A stretch of 64,000 bases of DNA, from the NCBI GenBank assembly GCA_963804165.1, contig CAWDPO010000017.1, forward strand, positions 256,001 through 320,000. The letters are read 5' to 3'. Source of the stretch: an uncultured delta proteobacterium. Lineage in GTDB: Bacteria > Desulfobacterota > Binatia > UBA9968. Positions within the stretch are counted from its first letter, which is position 1. Every line of letters starts with the position of its first letter. Below are positions 46,862 through 56,331 of the stretch, one piece after another. A program made the translations under genes and the position numbers. The notes beneath the pieces were generated by a model, which saw nothing but the letters and a program-made list of their open reading frames with translations, was not told the DNA's origin and made no database searches.

Positions 46862-49443
46862 TGTTGCGTTTATTGACTGCTGTATCCTGGCGTCACGCGA
46901 AGCGCCACCGGCTGCGTACCGCGCTAACGTTTTTTGGTATCGCCCTCGGTGTCGCCGTCGTCGTGGCAATCGCGGTCGTCAATCGCTCATTGACGACTTC
47001 GTTTCAATCCACCATCGATCAGATCGCCGGCAAAGCGGTGTTGCAGGTCGCCAACGGCGAGAGCGGCGTCTCCGAGTCTTTGTTTCCGTTAATTCGTGAC
47101 ACGATCGGCGTCGGCGATGCTGCGGCGGCGGTAGAGGGTTTCTTGCCCGTCGCGGGTGTGCCGGGTGAGCGGCTGTACGTCTACGGTGTCGATTTACTGA
47201 CCGATTTTGCTATTCGCGACCATCAATTCTCCGGAATGCAGTTTGGCTTCGATCAGGCGCTCGATTTTATCGCGCAACCGGACTCGATCGCGCTGACGGA
47301 ATCTTTCTCGCGTCGGCTGAAACTGCCTTTGGGCGCCAGCGTGACTTTGCTGACCAGTCACGGCAAGCGTGAATTCACGGTGCGTGGGTTGCTCAAGGAG
47401 CAGGGAACCGCCAAAGTTTTCGGCGGCAGCTTCGCGCTGATGGATCTGCCGGTGGCGCAGAAAACTTTCGGCAAAGAAGGCAAGCTCGATGTCGTCGATC
47501 TAACGGTTGTAGAGGGTGAAAAGATCGAAGCCGTCCAGCAACGGCTGCGCGAACGGCTAAAGGGTGCGGCTGAAGTGGAGCGGCCCGGAAAGCGCGGCGA
47601 GCAGATCGAGCTTCTGTTGACGTCGTTTCGCGTCGGGCTGTTCTTTGTCAGTTTGATCGCGCTATTCGTCGGTTTTTTTCTGATCTACAACACGGTGTCA
47701 GTCTCCGTGATTCAGCGCAGAAAGGAAATCGGCGTGTTGCGCTGTCTCGGTATGAGGCGGAGCGAGCTGCTCCGCTTGATCATGGCCGAGGCCCTGTTGT
47801 TGGCGCTCGCGGGTTCAGTTGCCGGCGCGGGCCTGGGTTGGCTGCTCGCGCGGGCTGCGTTAGTCGCCGTCGGCCAAACGGTTGGCAATTTATTTTCGTT
47901 GATCGATCTCGTGGGCGGCAACTTCACGATGCGCGAATTGGCGCTTGCGCTCGGCAGCGGCGTTGCGGTGGCTTTGCTCGCCGCGCTGCACCCGGCGTGG
48001 GAAGCGATGCGCGTAAGCCCCCTGGAAAACGCCCGGCAAGCAGCGTGGCGACCGGTAGGCAGGCAAACAACTTCTTGGGCGAACCGTCTTGGCCTTTGTT
48101 GCATGGCGCTATGTCCCATGCTTTTGGCGATTGCGCCTTCGGTCGACGGCTCGGTCGAACGATTCAGTGTCGGCGTCATCGGCATGCTGGTCTTCCTTCT
48201 CGGCTTGGCAGCCTTTTGTCCGGCAATGATCAGCCTCGTCGTGGGTTGGTTTTGGCAGTCTAAAGCGCGCGTGCCTGGGTTCGACGGGATTGAAGCGCGC
48301 TTGGCTTCGGACAGTTTGCGCCGTAATCCGTTTCGCTCCGGCATCACCATTGCCACCATGGTGATTAGTCTCGCAGCGATTTTTACTATCGCCGCCTTCG
48401 TCAACAGTGTCCGCGGGTCATTGCTCGCCTGGGTCGATCAAATGGTGACGGCGGATTTGATCGTCAGCTCGGGCGCCCGGACGGCGGGACCGCGAAATGT
48501 TCCGTTGAGGGAGGATTTACTGCCCGAGCTCAGAAAAATTCCGGGAATAAAAATAATCGATCTTTATCGCTTGATCCGTTCCACTTACCAGGGCAAGCCG
48601 ATTCTGATCGAATCATTTTCCGCGCGGGATTCCGCGAGCGTGCGTAATTTACCGATGGTGGCCGGCGATGGCGTACAGGCATTGCGCGAGATGGCCGCAG
48701 GGAAGGGGATCATCATCAGTGAAAGCTTTCACAGCAAATTCGCCAAACGCATGAACGACACCGTCGAGTTGATCACGCCGTCGGGGTTGATCGCTTTCAA
48801 AGTCATCGGCGTGTACATCGACTATTCATCGGACTCGGGCAGCGTATTACTCGATCGCGCGCTGTACAAGAAATATTGGAAAGACGAGCTCCTCGATGCG
48901 TTCGATCTGTGGTTGGAGCCGGGCGCGGATCAGCAATCGATCATCCAGACAATTAAGGAACGATACGGCGAGCCGTATCAGCTGTTTATCAGCACGCACC
49001 GCGAGCTCAAAGAATCCGTGGTTCGAATCATGGAACAATCTTTCGTGGTTAACTATGCCGTCGAAATCGTCGCCGTGGTCGTCGCCATCTTCAGCGTCAT
49101 CAACACGCTGCTGGCGTCGATTCTCGACCGCACCAGAGAGATCGGCGTCTTGCGCGCGATCGGCGCGACCCAGGCGCAAGTGCGGCGCATTGTCGTTCTG
49201 GAAGCGGGGTGGATGGGATTGATCGGTGGCGTGCTGGGCTTATTCGGCGGTAGCGTGATGGCGTATCACCACGTGGTTTACAACACCAAGGAGCTCACGG
49301 GGTGGACGTTTCAGTTTTATTATCCCTACGGTGTGGCGGTGTTGACGATCGTCGCCGCCGTGAGCTTATGTTTGATCGCCGGCTACGGTCCGGCGAAACA
49401 GGCGGCGTCAACGCCGATCGTGACGGCGATCGGTTATGAATAA
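46861..49443 (+). CDS. ABC transporter permease, duplicated FtsX/MacB-type
   Basis: RTALT..GIALGVA, RRKEIGVLRCLG, RTREIGVLRAIGAT; translationally coupled to the ATPase. Confidence 0.92.
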   Translation: MLRLLTAVSWRHAKRHRLRTALTFFGIALGVAVVVAIAVVNRSLTTSFQSTIDQIAGKAVLQVANGESGVSESLFPLIRDTIGVGDAAAAVEGFLPVAGVPGERLYVYGVDLLTDFAIRDHQFSGMQFGFDQALDFIAQPDSIALTESFSRRLKLPLGASVTLLTSHGKREFTVRGLLKEQGTAKVFGGSFALMDLPVAQKTFGKEGKLDVVDLTVVEGEKIEAVQQRLRERLKGAAEVERPGKRGEQIELLLTSFRVGLFFVSLIALFVGFFLIYNTVSVSVIQRRKEIGVLRCLGMRRSELLRLIMAEALLLALAGSVAGAGLGWLLARAALVAVGQTVGNLFSLIDLVGGNFTMRELALALGSGVAVALLAALHPAWEAMRVSPLENARQAAWRPVGRQTTSWANRLGLCCMALCPMLLAIAPSVDGSVERFSVGVIGMLVFLLGLAAFCPAMISLVVGWFWQSKARVPGFDGIEARLASDSLRRNPFRSGITIATMVISLAAIFTIAAFVNSVRGSLLAWVDQMVTADLIVSSGARTAGPRNVPLREDLLPELRKIPGIKIIDLYRLIRSTYQGKPILIESFSARDSASVRNLPMVAGDGVQALREMAAGKGIIISESFHSKFAKRMNDTVELITPSGLIAFKVIGVYIDYSSDSGSVLLDRALYKKYWKDELLDAFDLWLEPGADQQSIIQTIKERYGEPYQLFISTHRELKESVVRIMEQSFVVNYAVEIVAVVVAIFSVINTLLASILDRTREIGVLRAIGATQAQVRRIVVLEAGWMGLIGGVLGLFGGSVMAYHHVVYNTKELTGWTFQFYYPYGVAVLTIVAAVSLCLIAGYGPAKQAASTPIVTAIGYE

Positions 49444-49470
49444 AAAATAAGTTTTAATCTCGTTGGACCG

Positions 49471-49645
49471 GCCGCCAGCTTACTGCGAAATGGTGAGCGC
49501 TCGTGCCGTCTGAGTCCGTCATTCCCACATGCTTTTAGCGGGAATCCATGCGAACCTCTACTCGACCCCGATAAAAACATTCGGGGGTGACAACTTTTGG
49601 GAAAAATTCTATAGGGGTCTGTCGCTGCCGCGCAGGTTGCTGTGC
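49471..49645 (+). repeat. Family A composite element, copy 5
   Basis: cgccagcttactgcg...gtccgtcattcccacatgcttttagcgggaatcc...ccccgataaaaacattcgggggtgac...cgcaggttgctgtg. Confidence 0.8.
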
Positions 49646-49676
49646 GGCAAGTCTATTTTCTTATATAAGTTTCAAA

Positions 49677-50249
49677 CTACGAGGTCGGCACTTCGGTGAA
49701 ACTGACGAAGCGCGCGCGGCGGTTTTTTACGCGGCATTCTTCGGTAAGGTCGAAGCAGGCGGGAGCTTCTTTGCCGTAGCTGATCGTGACAAGGCGTTCG
49801 GTGGCCACCCCTTGGCTCACGAGAAATTCTTTGGCGACTTGAGCCCGTTTCGCGCCGAGCGCGAGATTGTATTCAGCCGAGCCGACGTCGTCGCAGTGGC
49901 CCTCGACTTCGACCCGCGCTTTAGGGTTTGTCTTTAACCACTCTGCGTTCTTTTGTAGAACCTGCTGGGCCTCGGGATCCAATTCAACGCTGTCGAATTG
50001 ATAATAGACGTCCTTCAGCGCCGCGCCCGGCGGGGTTACGGCAGCAACGCCACGGCTAATCGCTTCCATGGCGGACGGAGAGCGCGCTGAAACCGTATTC
50101 GCCGGGTTACCGAAGGAGTCCGGAGGGTTGAAAAGCTTCGGCGTTGGCGCACCTGACATCGAACAACCGGCGGAGACTGAAATAACGAGAAGTAATCGAA
50201 CGATGCGAAGTTTTCCGAGAAAGTTCCATGGACAGCGCAAATTGGTCAT
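49677..50249 (-). CDS. pal: Peptidoglycan-associated lipoprotein (OmpA C-terminal domain)
   Basis: Lipobox SAGC; VEGHCD..GS.EYNLALG..RA, ISYGKE.P, NRRA. Confidence 0.85.
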   Translation of the reverse strand: MTNLRCPWNFLGKLRIVRLLLVISVSAGCSMSGAPTPKLFNPPDSFGNPANTVSARSPSAMEAISRGVAAVTPPGAALKDVYYQFDSVELDPEAQQVLQKNAEWLKTNPKARVEVEGHCDDVGSAEYNLALGAKRAQVAKEFLVSQGVATERLVTISYGKEAPACFDLTEECRVKNRRARFVSFTEVPTS

Positions 50250-50341
50250 CCTTGGGTGGAAGTCGAAAGCTGCGATATCCTCGCGATTTGTGGCCGAATT
50301 GTCAAGTTTTTTTTGCGGTTCAAGAAAGTTCCAGCGACCGC

Positions 50342-50815
50342 CTATGCCAGCTTCAAGGCGGGATTGGGCTTGCGATTTCGCAGATAGGACAACAAAGTAC
50401 CGCAGATACCGCCTGTCGCGTCGATCATCACGTCGGTCACGCTCGCGCTTCGATTCGGGACGAACGATTGATGGAATTCGTCACTGGCCGCGTACAGAAT
50501 CGTCAAAAAAACGCTGAGCAAAAGCGTTCGGATGATCGGTTTGTCCGCCATTTCGTTTCGCAACGCGCGCATGAGCAGCAGCGCAAAGACTAAGTACTCA
50601 CCGAAATGGCCGAGCTTTCGAATAAGGCCGTGGATTCGCTGCACCTCGGTGAGCGGCAGCCAGGGAAAAAATTCGCGTAACAGCGCTTGGACAAATCCGC
50701 CGGTCTGGGAGCCGGAGAATATCTCGGTAGAAAAAACAAAGATCAGTGCCGCCCAAAGGACAACTGGAGCCCAATTCCAAAGGAAGATCGAGATGGGGGA
50801 GCGACTCGGGAGCAT
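50342..50815 (-). CDS. VanZ family membrane protein
   Basis: W..LIF.FS, RKLGHF.EY, YAASDEFHQSFVPNR...DV.ID. Confidence 0.9.
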   Translation of the reverse strand: MLPSRSPISIFLWNWAPVVLWAALIFVFSTEIFSGSQTGGFVQALLREFFPWLPLTEVQRIHGLIRKLGHFGEYLVFALLLMRALRNEMADKPIIRTLLLSVFLTILYAASDEFHQSFVPNRSASVTDVMIDATGGICGTLLSYLRNRKPNPALKLA

Positions 50816-50953
50816 GCGTTGTTTCGAAGCTCCTGTGAGAGTAGCGGTCCGCCCCCGGCGATGTCAACGCGACGGCGTTTCGCGCTTCTATTTGCGCAGC
50901 GATCGTGTATAAAATCGTACAGGGCCTAGCCGTTCCGAGAGAGGAAAACCTCG

Positions 50954-51958
50954 ATGAAGCACAAGATCACGTTGATTCCGGGAGACGGCATCGGACCGGA
51001 AGTCACCAAACCAACTCTGGACATCATCAAAGCGGCGGGCGTCAAGGTGGATTGGGAGAACTATCTAGCGGGCGCCGAAGCGCTGAAGAAGCACCACACG
51101 ACGATCCCCCAACAACTCATGGACTCCTTCGACAGAAATCTTGTTGCCCTCAAAGGTCCAGTGACCACGCCAGTGGGCGAGGGCTTCACGAGCGTCAACG
51201 TCGCGCTGCGCCAGAGCTTCAATCTCTATGCGAACCTACGGCCGATCAAAAATTTGCCCGGCGTGAAGGCGCGCTATCAGGGCGTCGACCTGATCGTGGT
51301 TCGAGAAAACACTGAAGGTCTTTATTCGGGCATCGAACATGAGGTCGTGCCGGGAGTGATGGAGAGCCTCAAGATCATCACCGAGAAAGCTTCGACCAAG
51401 ATCGCGAAATTCGCTTTCGGTTATGCCAAAAAGTACCGGCGCAAGAAAGTCACCGCGGTGCACAAGGCTAACATCATGAAGCTCACCGACGGTCTTTTCT
51501 TGGACTGCGCAAGAAATGTTGCGAAGCAGTACAAGGGCATCGGTTTCAGTGACATTATTGTCGACAATGCATGTATGCAGCTGGTCCTGAACCCTCTCCA
51601 ATTCGATATTTTGCTGCTGGAAAACCTCTACGGTGATATCGTGTCGGACCTTACGGCGGGTTTGGTCGGAGGTCTCGGCGTGGTTGCCGGCGCCAATCTC
51701 GGCGATGCCCACGCACTCTTTGAGCCGGTGCACGGCAGCGCGCCGGATATCAAGGGCAAAAATATCGCCAACCCGACCGCGATGATTCAGGCGGCGATCA
51801 TGATGCTGCGCCATATTTCCGAAAGGGCGGCGGCCAATCGGATCTCTCTGGCCTTGGAGCGTGTTCTCATGCGGGGAGAAGTCCTGACCGCCGACCTCGG
51901 CGGCACCGCGTCGACGAAAAAATTCGCCGACGCCATCATTCGGGAAATCGAGAAGTAA
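50954..51958 (+). CDS. NAD-dependent isocitrate/isopropylmalate dehydrogenase family protein (IDH3-like)
   Basis: IPGDGIGPEV, SVNVALR, RENTEGLY, VHKANIMK, NLYGDIVSD, EPVHGSAPDI. Confidence 0.92.
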   Translation: MKHKITLIPGDGIGPEVTKPTLDIIKAAGVKVDWENYLAGAEALKKHHTTIPQQLMDSFDRNLVALKGPVTTPVGEGFTSVNVALRQSFNLYANLRPIKNLPGVKARYQGVDLIVVRENTEGLYSGIEHEVVPGVMESLKIITEKASTKIAKFAFGYAKKYRRKKVTAVHKANIMKLTDGLFLDCARNVAKQYKGIGFSDIIVDNACMQLVLNPLQFDILLLENLYGDIVSDLTAGLVGGLGVVAGANLGDAHALFEPVHGSAPDIKGKNIANPTAMIQAAIMMLRHISERAAANRISLALERVLMRGEVLTADLGGTASTKKFADAIIREIEK

Positions 51959-52001
51959 ACGAGGCAGCGAAGGTCAACGTATTCGCTTCGTTAGAATCAT
52001 C

Positions 52002-52053
52002 CCATTAGTCCAATACTCCGACACTCCAATCGGACTGGAGTACTGGAGTATTG
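52002..52053. repeat. TGGAGT/ACTCCA palindromic repeat between convergent genes
   Basis: ccattagtccaatactccgacactccaatcggactggagtactggagtattg. Confidence 0.75.
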
Positions 52054-52073
52054 ATTTTAAAAGTTGGGTGGAA

Positions 52074-53228
52074 TTATCCGTTACACGTCACCCACTGGCG
52101 CGGATACGCGTTCAAGGACTCGCAGCCGTGCTTCTTCACAACCAGGGTTTCGCCAAATTGCAGGCCCATCTTTTCGTCGTAGGTCATGAGATTCGGCTGG
52201 ATGACGATCACCATGTTTTCGCGGAAAACCATTTCCCGGGAATCATGCCGTTTGCGCGTCTTGGTCTGAAAGATGGGAGGATATTGGTTGACGCCGTGAA
52301 CCAGATCATCGTACGTGCTGTAGCCGCGCCGGTGGATAACTTCCGCGGCCTCTTCAGCTTCGGTGGTGGTCGCGCCGTCTTTGATGACCTTGGATAAAAT
52401 TTCAAAGCCCTCCATCGCTGCGTCGTGCATCTTTTGCCATTCCGGTGTCGGGCCTTCGCCGATCGAAAAAGTGCGGTGAATCTGTCCGCTGTAGCCCGAG
52501 TAAGCGCCGCTTATTTCGCTGATCAATGCATCGCCTTTTTCAAGCTTGCGTCCGGAATGAAATTGCGAAGGCACGGGAAAGTCCGGCTCGCGCATCGGCA
52601 TGCTGCTCATGAAATGAATGCCGGCGTAGCCGCCGGCTTTGAGATAGACCGACTCGATGATCGCCGGGATTTCATCCTCGCGCATGCCAGCTTTGAGCCC
52701 CTCCGCCAGCGCCTGGATCGATTGGTCGGTGAGCTTCGAAGCGATGCGAATGCGCTCGATTTCCTCCGAGCTTCTGACCGTCCGCATCGTGCGCAGCTTG
52801 CCGCCAAGATCGACGAACGAAGCCGAAGGACAGGTCTCGCGCAACTTGTTATAGATCTGATAAGAAATCGATCCGACTAAACCGATCTTTTTCGATTCCA
52901 AACTGCGCTCGCCGAATAGATCGATGACGCTGTGGGTCGTGTTCGCCCCGGCCCAGCGCACATCCTTGATCCACGACATGACCCGCGCCATCGGATAATG
53001 ATTAAACAACTGCATCAGAATGACCGGGTCTTTACCGGCTTGCATGAGCAGATAAGCTTCCCGGCTGCTCGGCCAGTCACTCAGCCAGTAGATGTCCGAC
53101 GCGTAGCGCCCGCTGCCGTAGAAGAGCATGGCTTCGACGCCTTCCTGTTCCATCAAACTATAAACCGCTTGATGCCGTCGCTGGATTTCCGCGTCGGAAA
53201 AAGTGGGATAATCAGATCGTCGTCGCAT
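52074..53228 (-). CDS. M24 (creatinase/prolidase-like) family hydrolase
   Basis: FS..EI.RR...V..LM; R.VRS.EEI; pita-bread fold segments GYSGQIHRTF, HG, ENM..VIQPN. Confidence 0.85.
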   Translation of the reverse strand: MRRRSDYPTFSDAEIQRRHQAVYSLMEQEGVEAMLFYGSGRYASDIYWLSDWPSSREAYLLMQAGKDPVILMQLFNHYPMARVMSWIKDVRWAGANTTHSVIDLFGERSLESKKIGLVGSISYQIYNKLRETCPSASFVDLGGKLRTMRTVRSSEEIERIRIASKLTDQSIQALAEGLKAGMREDEIPAIIESVYLKAGGYAGIHFMSSMPMREPDFPVPSQFHSGRKLEKGDALISEISGAYSGYSGQIHRTFSIGEGPTPEWQKMHDAAMEGFEILSKVIKDGATTTEAEEAAEVIHRRGYSTYDDLVHGVNQYPPIFQTKTRKRHDSREMVFRENMVIVIQPNLMTYDEKMGLQFGETLVVKKHGCESLNAYPRQWVTCNG

Positions 53229-53429
53229 TGAGAAATTCCTCCGGATATCTGACGCCCTCAGAACTGGAATGCGAGCCGAGCGGGACGTTCAGTTCGATTG
53301 TTTTTCTGTATCATCGACGCCGACGCTGAGGCAACCGGAAGATCGAATTTATTCAACGGACCGGCTCGCCCTGGACATTTTTTTTGCTGCGTGCGACTCT
53401 TCACTTACTAAAAAAGCAGGAGGATTCTC

Positions 53430-54257
53430 ATGACGGCATCGTTCTACATCCGTGGATCGTTTATTGCGTTTTGTTTTTCAATGGTGCTTGCCAGCGTCCA
53501 TGCAGAGGCGCAGCCCGCGAAGGGCGATTACCAACCCCAGGTCGGCCAGGACGGAAAAGATGTCATCTGGGTGCCGACACCGCAGGCGCTGGTCGATAAG
53601 ATGCTCGATATGGGCAAGGTGACGTCGAAAGATTATGTGATCGATCTCGGCTCCGGCGACGGCCGCACGGTGATTACCGCGGCCAAGCGCGGCGCCAAGG
53701 CGATGGGCATCGAATATAATCCCGACATGGTCGAGTTGTCGAAGCGTAATGCCGCCAAAGAAGGCGTCAGTGACAAAGCCAGCTTTGCCAAAGCCGACCT
53801 CTTCGAGAGCGATTTTTCTCAGGCGACGGTCATCACGATGTTCCTGCTGCCCGATATCAATTTGAAACTTCGGCCGAAGATTCTAGACCTCAAACCCGGC
53901 ACTCGGATCGTCTCGAACTCGTTCACCATGGGCGATTGGTCTGCTGATGATACCGTGAACGTCAAAGATAGCTGCGCTTCATATTGCACGGCGTACCTTT
54001 GGATCGTGCCGGCGAAGGTGGAGGGAGTGTGGCGGCTTAACGACGGCGAGCTCACCCTCAAGCAAACCTATCAAATGATTTCCGGATCGCTAAAGCGCGG
54101 TAACAACACCGTGCAGATCGCCAACGGCAAACTCAATGGCGATCAGATCACGTTCAACGCCGGCGGCACGCTCTACGTGGGACGGACAACCGTCAATGGC
54201 ATGGAAGGGACGATAAGTTCGGGCGGCGATTGGAAAGCGACGCGCGCCGGGCGCTAA
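53430..54257 (+). CDS. Class I SAM-dependent methyltransferase with predicted signal peptide
   Basis: DVIWVPTP..LVDKML, DLGSGDGR, GIEYN, LKPGTRIVS; N-terminus ends in VHA-EA. Confidence 0.88.
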   Translation: MTASFYIRGSFIAFCFSMVLASVHAEAQPAKGDYQPQVGQDGKDVIWVPTPQALVDKMLDMGKVTSKDYVIDLGSGDGRTVITAAKRGAKAMGIEYNPDMVELSKRNAAKEGVSDKASFAKADLFESDFSQATVITMFLLPDINLKLRPKILDLKPGTRIVSNSFTMGDWSADDTVNVKDSCASYCTAYLWIVPAKVEGVWRLNDGELTLKQTYQMISGSLKRGNNTVQIANGKLNGDQITFNAGGTLYVGRTTVNGMEGTISSGGDWKATRAGR

Positions 54258-54288
54258 CGAAAAAAATGTTTGGGCCGTACCGGCGGCC

Positions 54289-55137
54289 ATGGAATCACGA
54301 AAGGTTTTGATGACGGTGATGTCGCGCCGAGGATTGCTCGTCCTGGCGCTCTTTTCGCTCATTTTTAATTTATCTACCGAAGACCAGGCATCGCCCGGCG
54401 AATACGTGCCGAAATCCGGTCAAGCCGGCAAGGATGTCGTGTGGGTGCCTAACCCGTCAGCCATGGTCGAGAAGCTTCTCGACATGGCGACGGTAACTCC
54501 GCAAGACTACGTCATCGATCTGGGCTCGGGCGACGGCCGTAACGTGATCGCCGCGGCCAAGCGCGGGGCTCGTGCCCACGGCATCGAGTATGATGGCGAC
54601 TTGGTCGAGCTCTCCAAGCGCAACGCCGCGAAGGAAGGAGTCGGCGACAAGGCGACCTTTGAGAAGCGCGATATCTTCGAAAGCGACTTCTCAAAAGCCA
54701 CCGTGATCGTGCTCTTTCTTACACCCGAGTTGAATATCCGGCTGCGGCCCAAGCTCCTCGACCTCAAACCTGGAACCCGAATCGTCGCGAACACCTTCGC
54801 CATCGGCGACTGGAACGCCGACCAAACGTCGGTCGCCGCGACGAATTGCGAGCGTTGGTGCACGGCCCGGCTGTGGATCGTGCCCGCAAGAGTAACGGGA
54901 ACTTGGAAATTCGCGGATGGCGAACTGAAACTGAAACAAGTCTACCAGACGTTTACAGGGATACTGAAGGCTGTGAATGGATCTGCGCCGGTCGCCGGAC
55001 GGATGCGCGGCGAAGAGATCTTTTTCAGCAGCAAGGACAGCCAATTCACCGGGCGTGTAGCTGGCGACATGATCGAAGGCGTCGCCAGGACCGCTGGCGC
55101 CGACCGTAAGTTTCGCGCCAACCGCGTCGGCAATTAG
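54289..55137 (+). CDS. Class I SAM-dependent methyltransferase, tandem paralog with hydrophobic N-terminus
   Basis: DVVWVPNP, DLGSGDGR, GIEYD, LKPGTRIVA. Confidence 0.88.
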   Translation: MESRKVLMTVMSRRGLLVLALFSLIFNLSTEDQASPGEYVPKSGQAGKDVVWVPNPSAMVEKLLDMATVTPQDYVIDLGSGDGRNVIAAAKRGARAHGIEYDGDLVELSKRNAAKEGVGDKATFEKRDIFESDFSKATVIVLFLTPELNIRLRPKLLDLKPGTRIVANTFAIGDWNADQTSVAATNCERWCTARLWIVPARVTGTWKFADGELKLKQVYQTFTGILKAVNGSAPVAGRMRGEEIFFSSKDSQFTGRVAGDMIEGVARTAGADRKFRANRVGN

Positions 55138-55200
55138 ACGGCACGGTTAAACAATGAAGGGTCACGCTTGTTCCGCGTCGCCTTCTTGCTTGGTACCGCT

Positions 55201-56202
55201 TTACGACTTGATCCTTAGCAATCGTTTGGCGTTGCCTTCGAGCATCAGCAGCTTGTCCGCTTCGGAAATATCGAGCTGCTCGACTTTTTTTGCCGCGCCC
55301 CAATCGCCTAGATCGTAGGGGTAATCCGTGCCGACCATGATGTGGTCCACGCCGCCCAGGCCGATCAGATATTTGATCGTGTCGAGGCGATAGATCATGT
55401 CGTCGTAATAAATATTTTTCAGATACGCACTCGGCGCCATTTTCGCCTTGGCCGCGCGCGCGCCGGCGCGGACTTCCCAGCCGCGGTCAAAGCGGCCGAG
55501 GTGGTAGGGGAAAAATCCGCCGCCATGAAGAATGCAAAGCTTCAAGTTGGGAAAGCGATCGAACACTCCGCTGTAGGTCATGTAGCCGAAGCAAAGCGCG
55601 CTGTCGGCGGGATTGCCGCAGATTAATTTCAGCCCGTAAGGATTCATTTTATCGGCGCCGGCGACGTCTTCCGGATGCATGACGACCATGACGTCGAGCT
55701 CTTGCGCCTTGGCCCAAAAGGGATCGAAATCGTCGGTGCCGTAATAGTTGCCGTTGACGTTGGTGCCGATGTAGCCGCCGCGGAAATTCAAGTCGCGTAC
55801 GGCGCGCTCCAAGACTCGCGCGGCGCGCGCCGGGTCCTGCAGTGGCACGGAGGCCATGCCGACGAAGCGGTCGGGATAACGCTTGACTAACTCGGCGATG
55901 CCTTCGTTGTAAACATTACACCAGTTTTCGCCTTGCTCGCCGGTCAGCCGGTAGCCGAGCGTCGCCGTGTGCGCTTCCAGCGCCGCCATGGCCAGCTTCG
56001 AGTCCGCCATCATCTTGAGCCGTTCATCGACCGCGGGTAGTTCGGGATGCAGTACAAAAGGCGGACCACCGGCAAAGGAAAGCGATTTGTGACCGTCTTT
56101 CTCTGCCAGCTCGACGCCTAGATGTTTGCCGCTCTTCTTGGCTTCCTCCAAAAGGCTGTTGGGCACGTAATGATGGTGAACATCGATGGCACAGGTATTC
56201 AT
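55201..56202 (-). CDS. Amidohydrolase family 2 (ACMSD-like decarboxylase)
   Basis: IDVHHH, GMASVPLQDP, IGTNVNG, MHP, HGGG, GTDYPY. Confidence 0.92.
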   Translation of the reverse strand: MNTCAIDVHHHYVPNSLLEEAKKSGKHLGVELAEKDGHKSLSFAGGPPFVLHPELPAVDERLKMMADSKLAMAALEAHTATLGYRLTGEQGENWCNVYNEGIAELVKRYPDRFVGMASVPLQDPARAARVLERAVRDLNFRGGYIGTNVNGNYYGTDDFDPFWAKAQELDVMVVMHPEDVAGADKMNPYGLKLICGNPADSALCFGYMTYSGVFDRFPNLKLCILHGGGFFPYHLGRFDRGWEVRAGARAAKAKMAPSAYLKNIYYDDMIYRLDTIKYLIGLGGVDHIMVGTDYPYDLGDWGAAKKVEQLDISEADKLLMLEGNAKRLLRIKS

Positions 56203-56241
56203 CTGGATACTTCCTTCGCGATGGAATTCAGTTTGCTCGCG

Positions 56242-56288
56242 CCCTCACCCTTCCCTCTCCCAGTGGGAGAGGGTGAGAGTGAGGGGGG
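56242..56288. repeat. Family B REP hairpin
   Basis: ccctcacccttccctctcccagtgggagagggtgagagtgagggg. Confidence 0.75.
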
Positions 56289-56331
56289 GAAAATGAAAAT
56301 TGAGATAAGAGCGAGGTGAGTCGCGACTCGA

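Noticed and set aside
50342-50815. Glycopeptide resistance locus
   Set aside because: Lone VanZ-family gene in a housekeeping context, with no van cluster.
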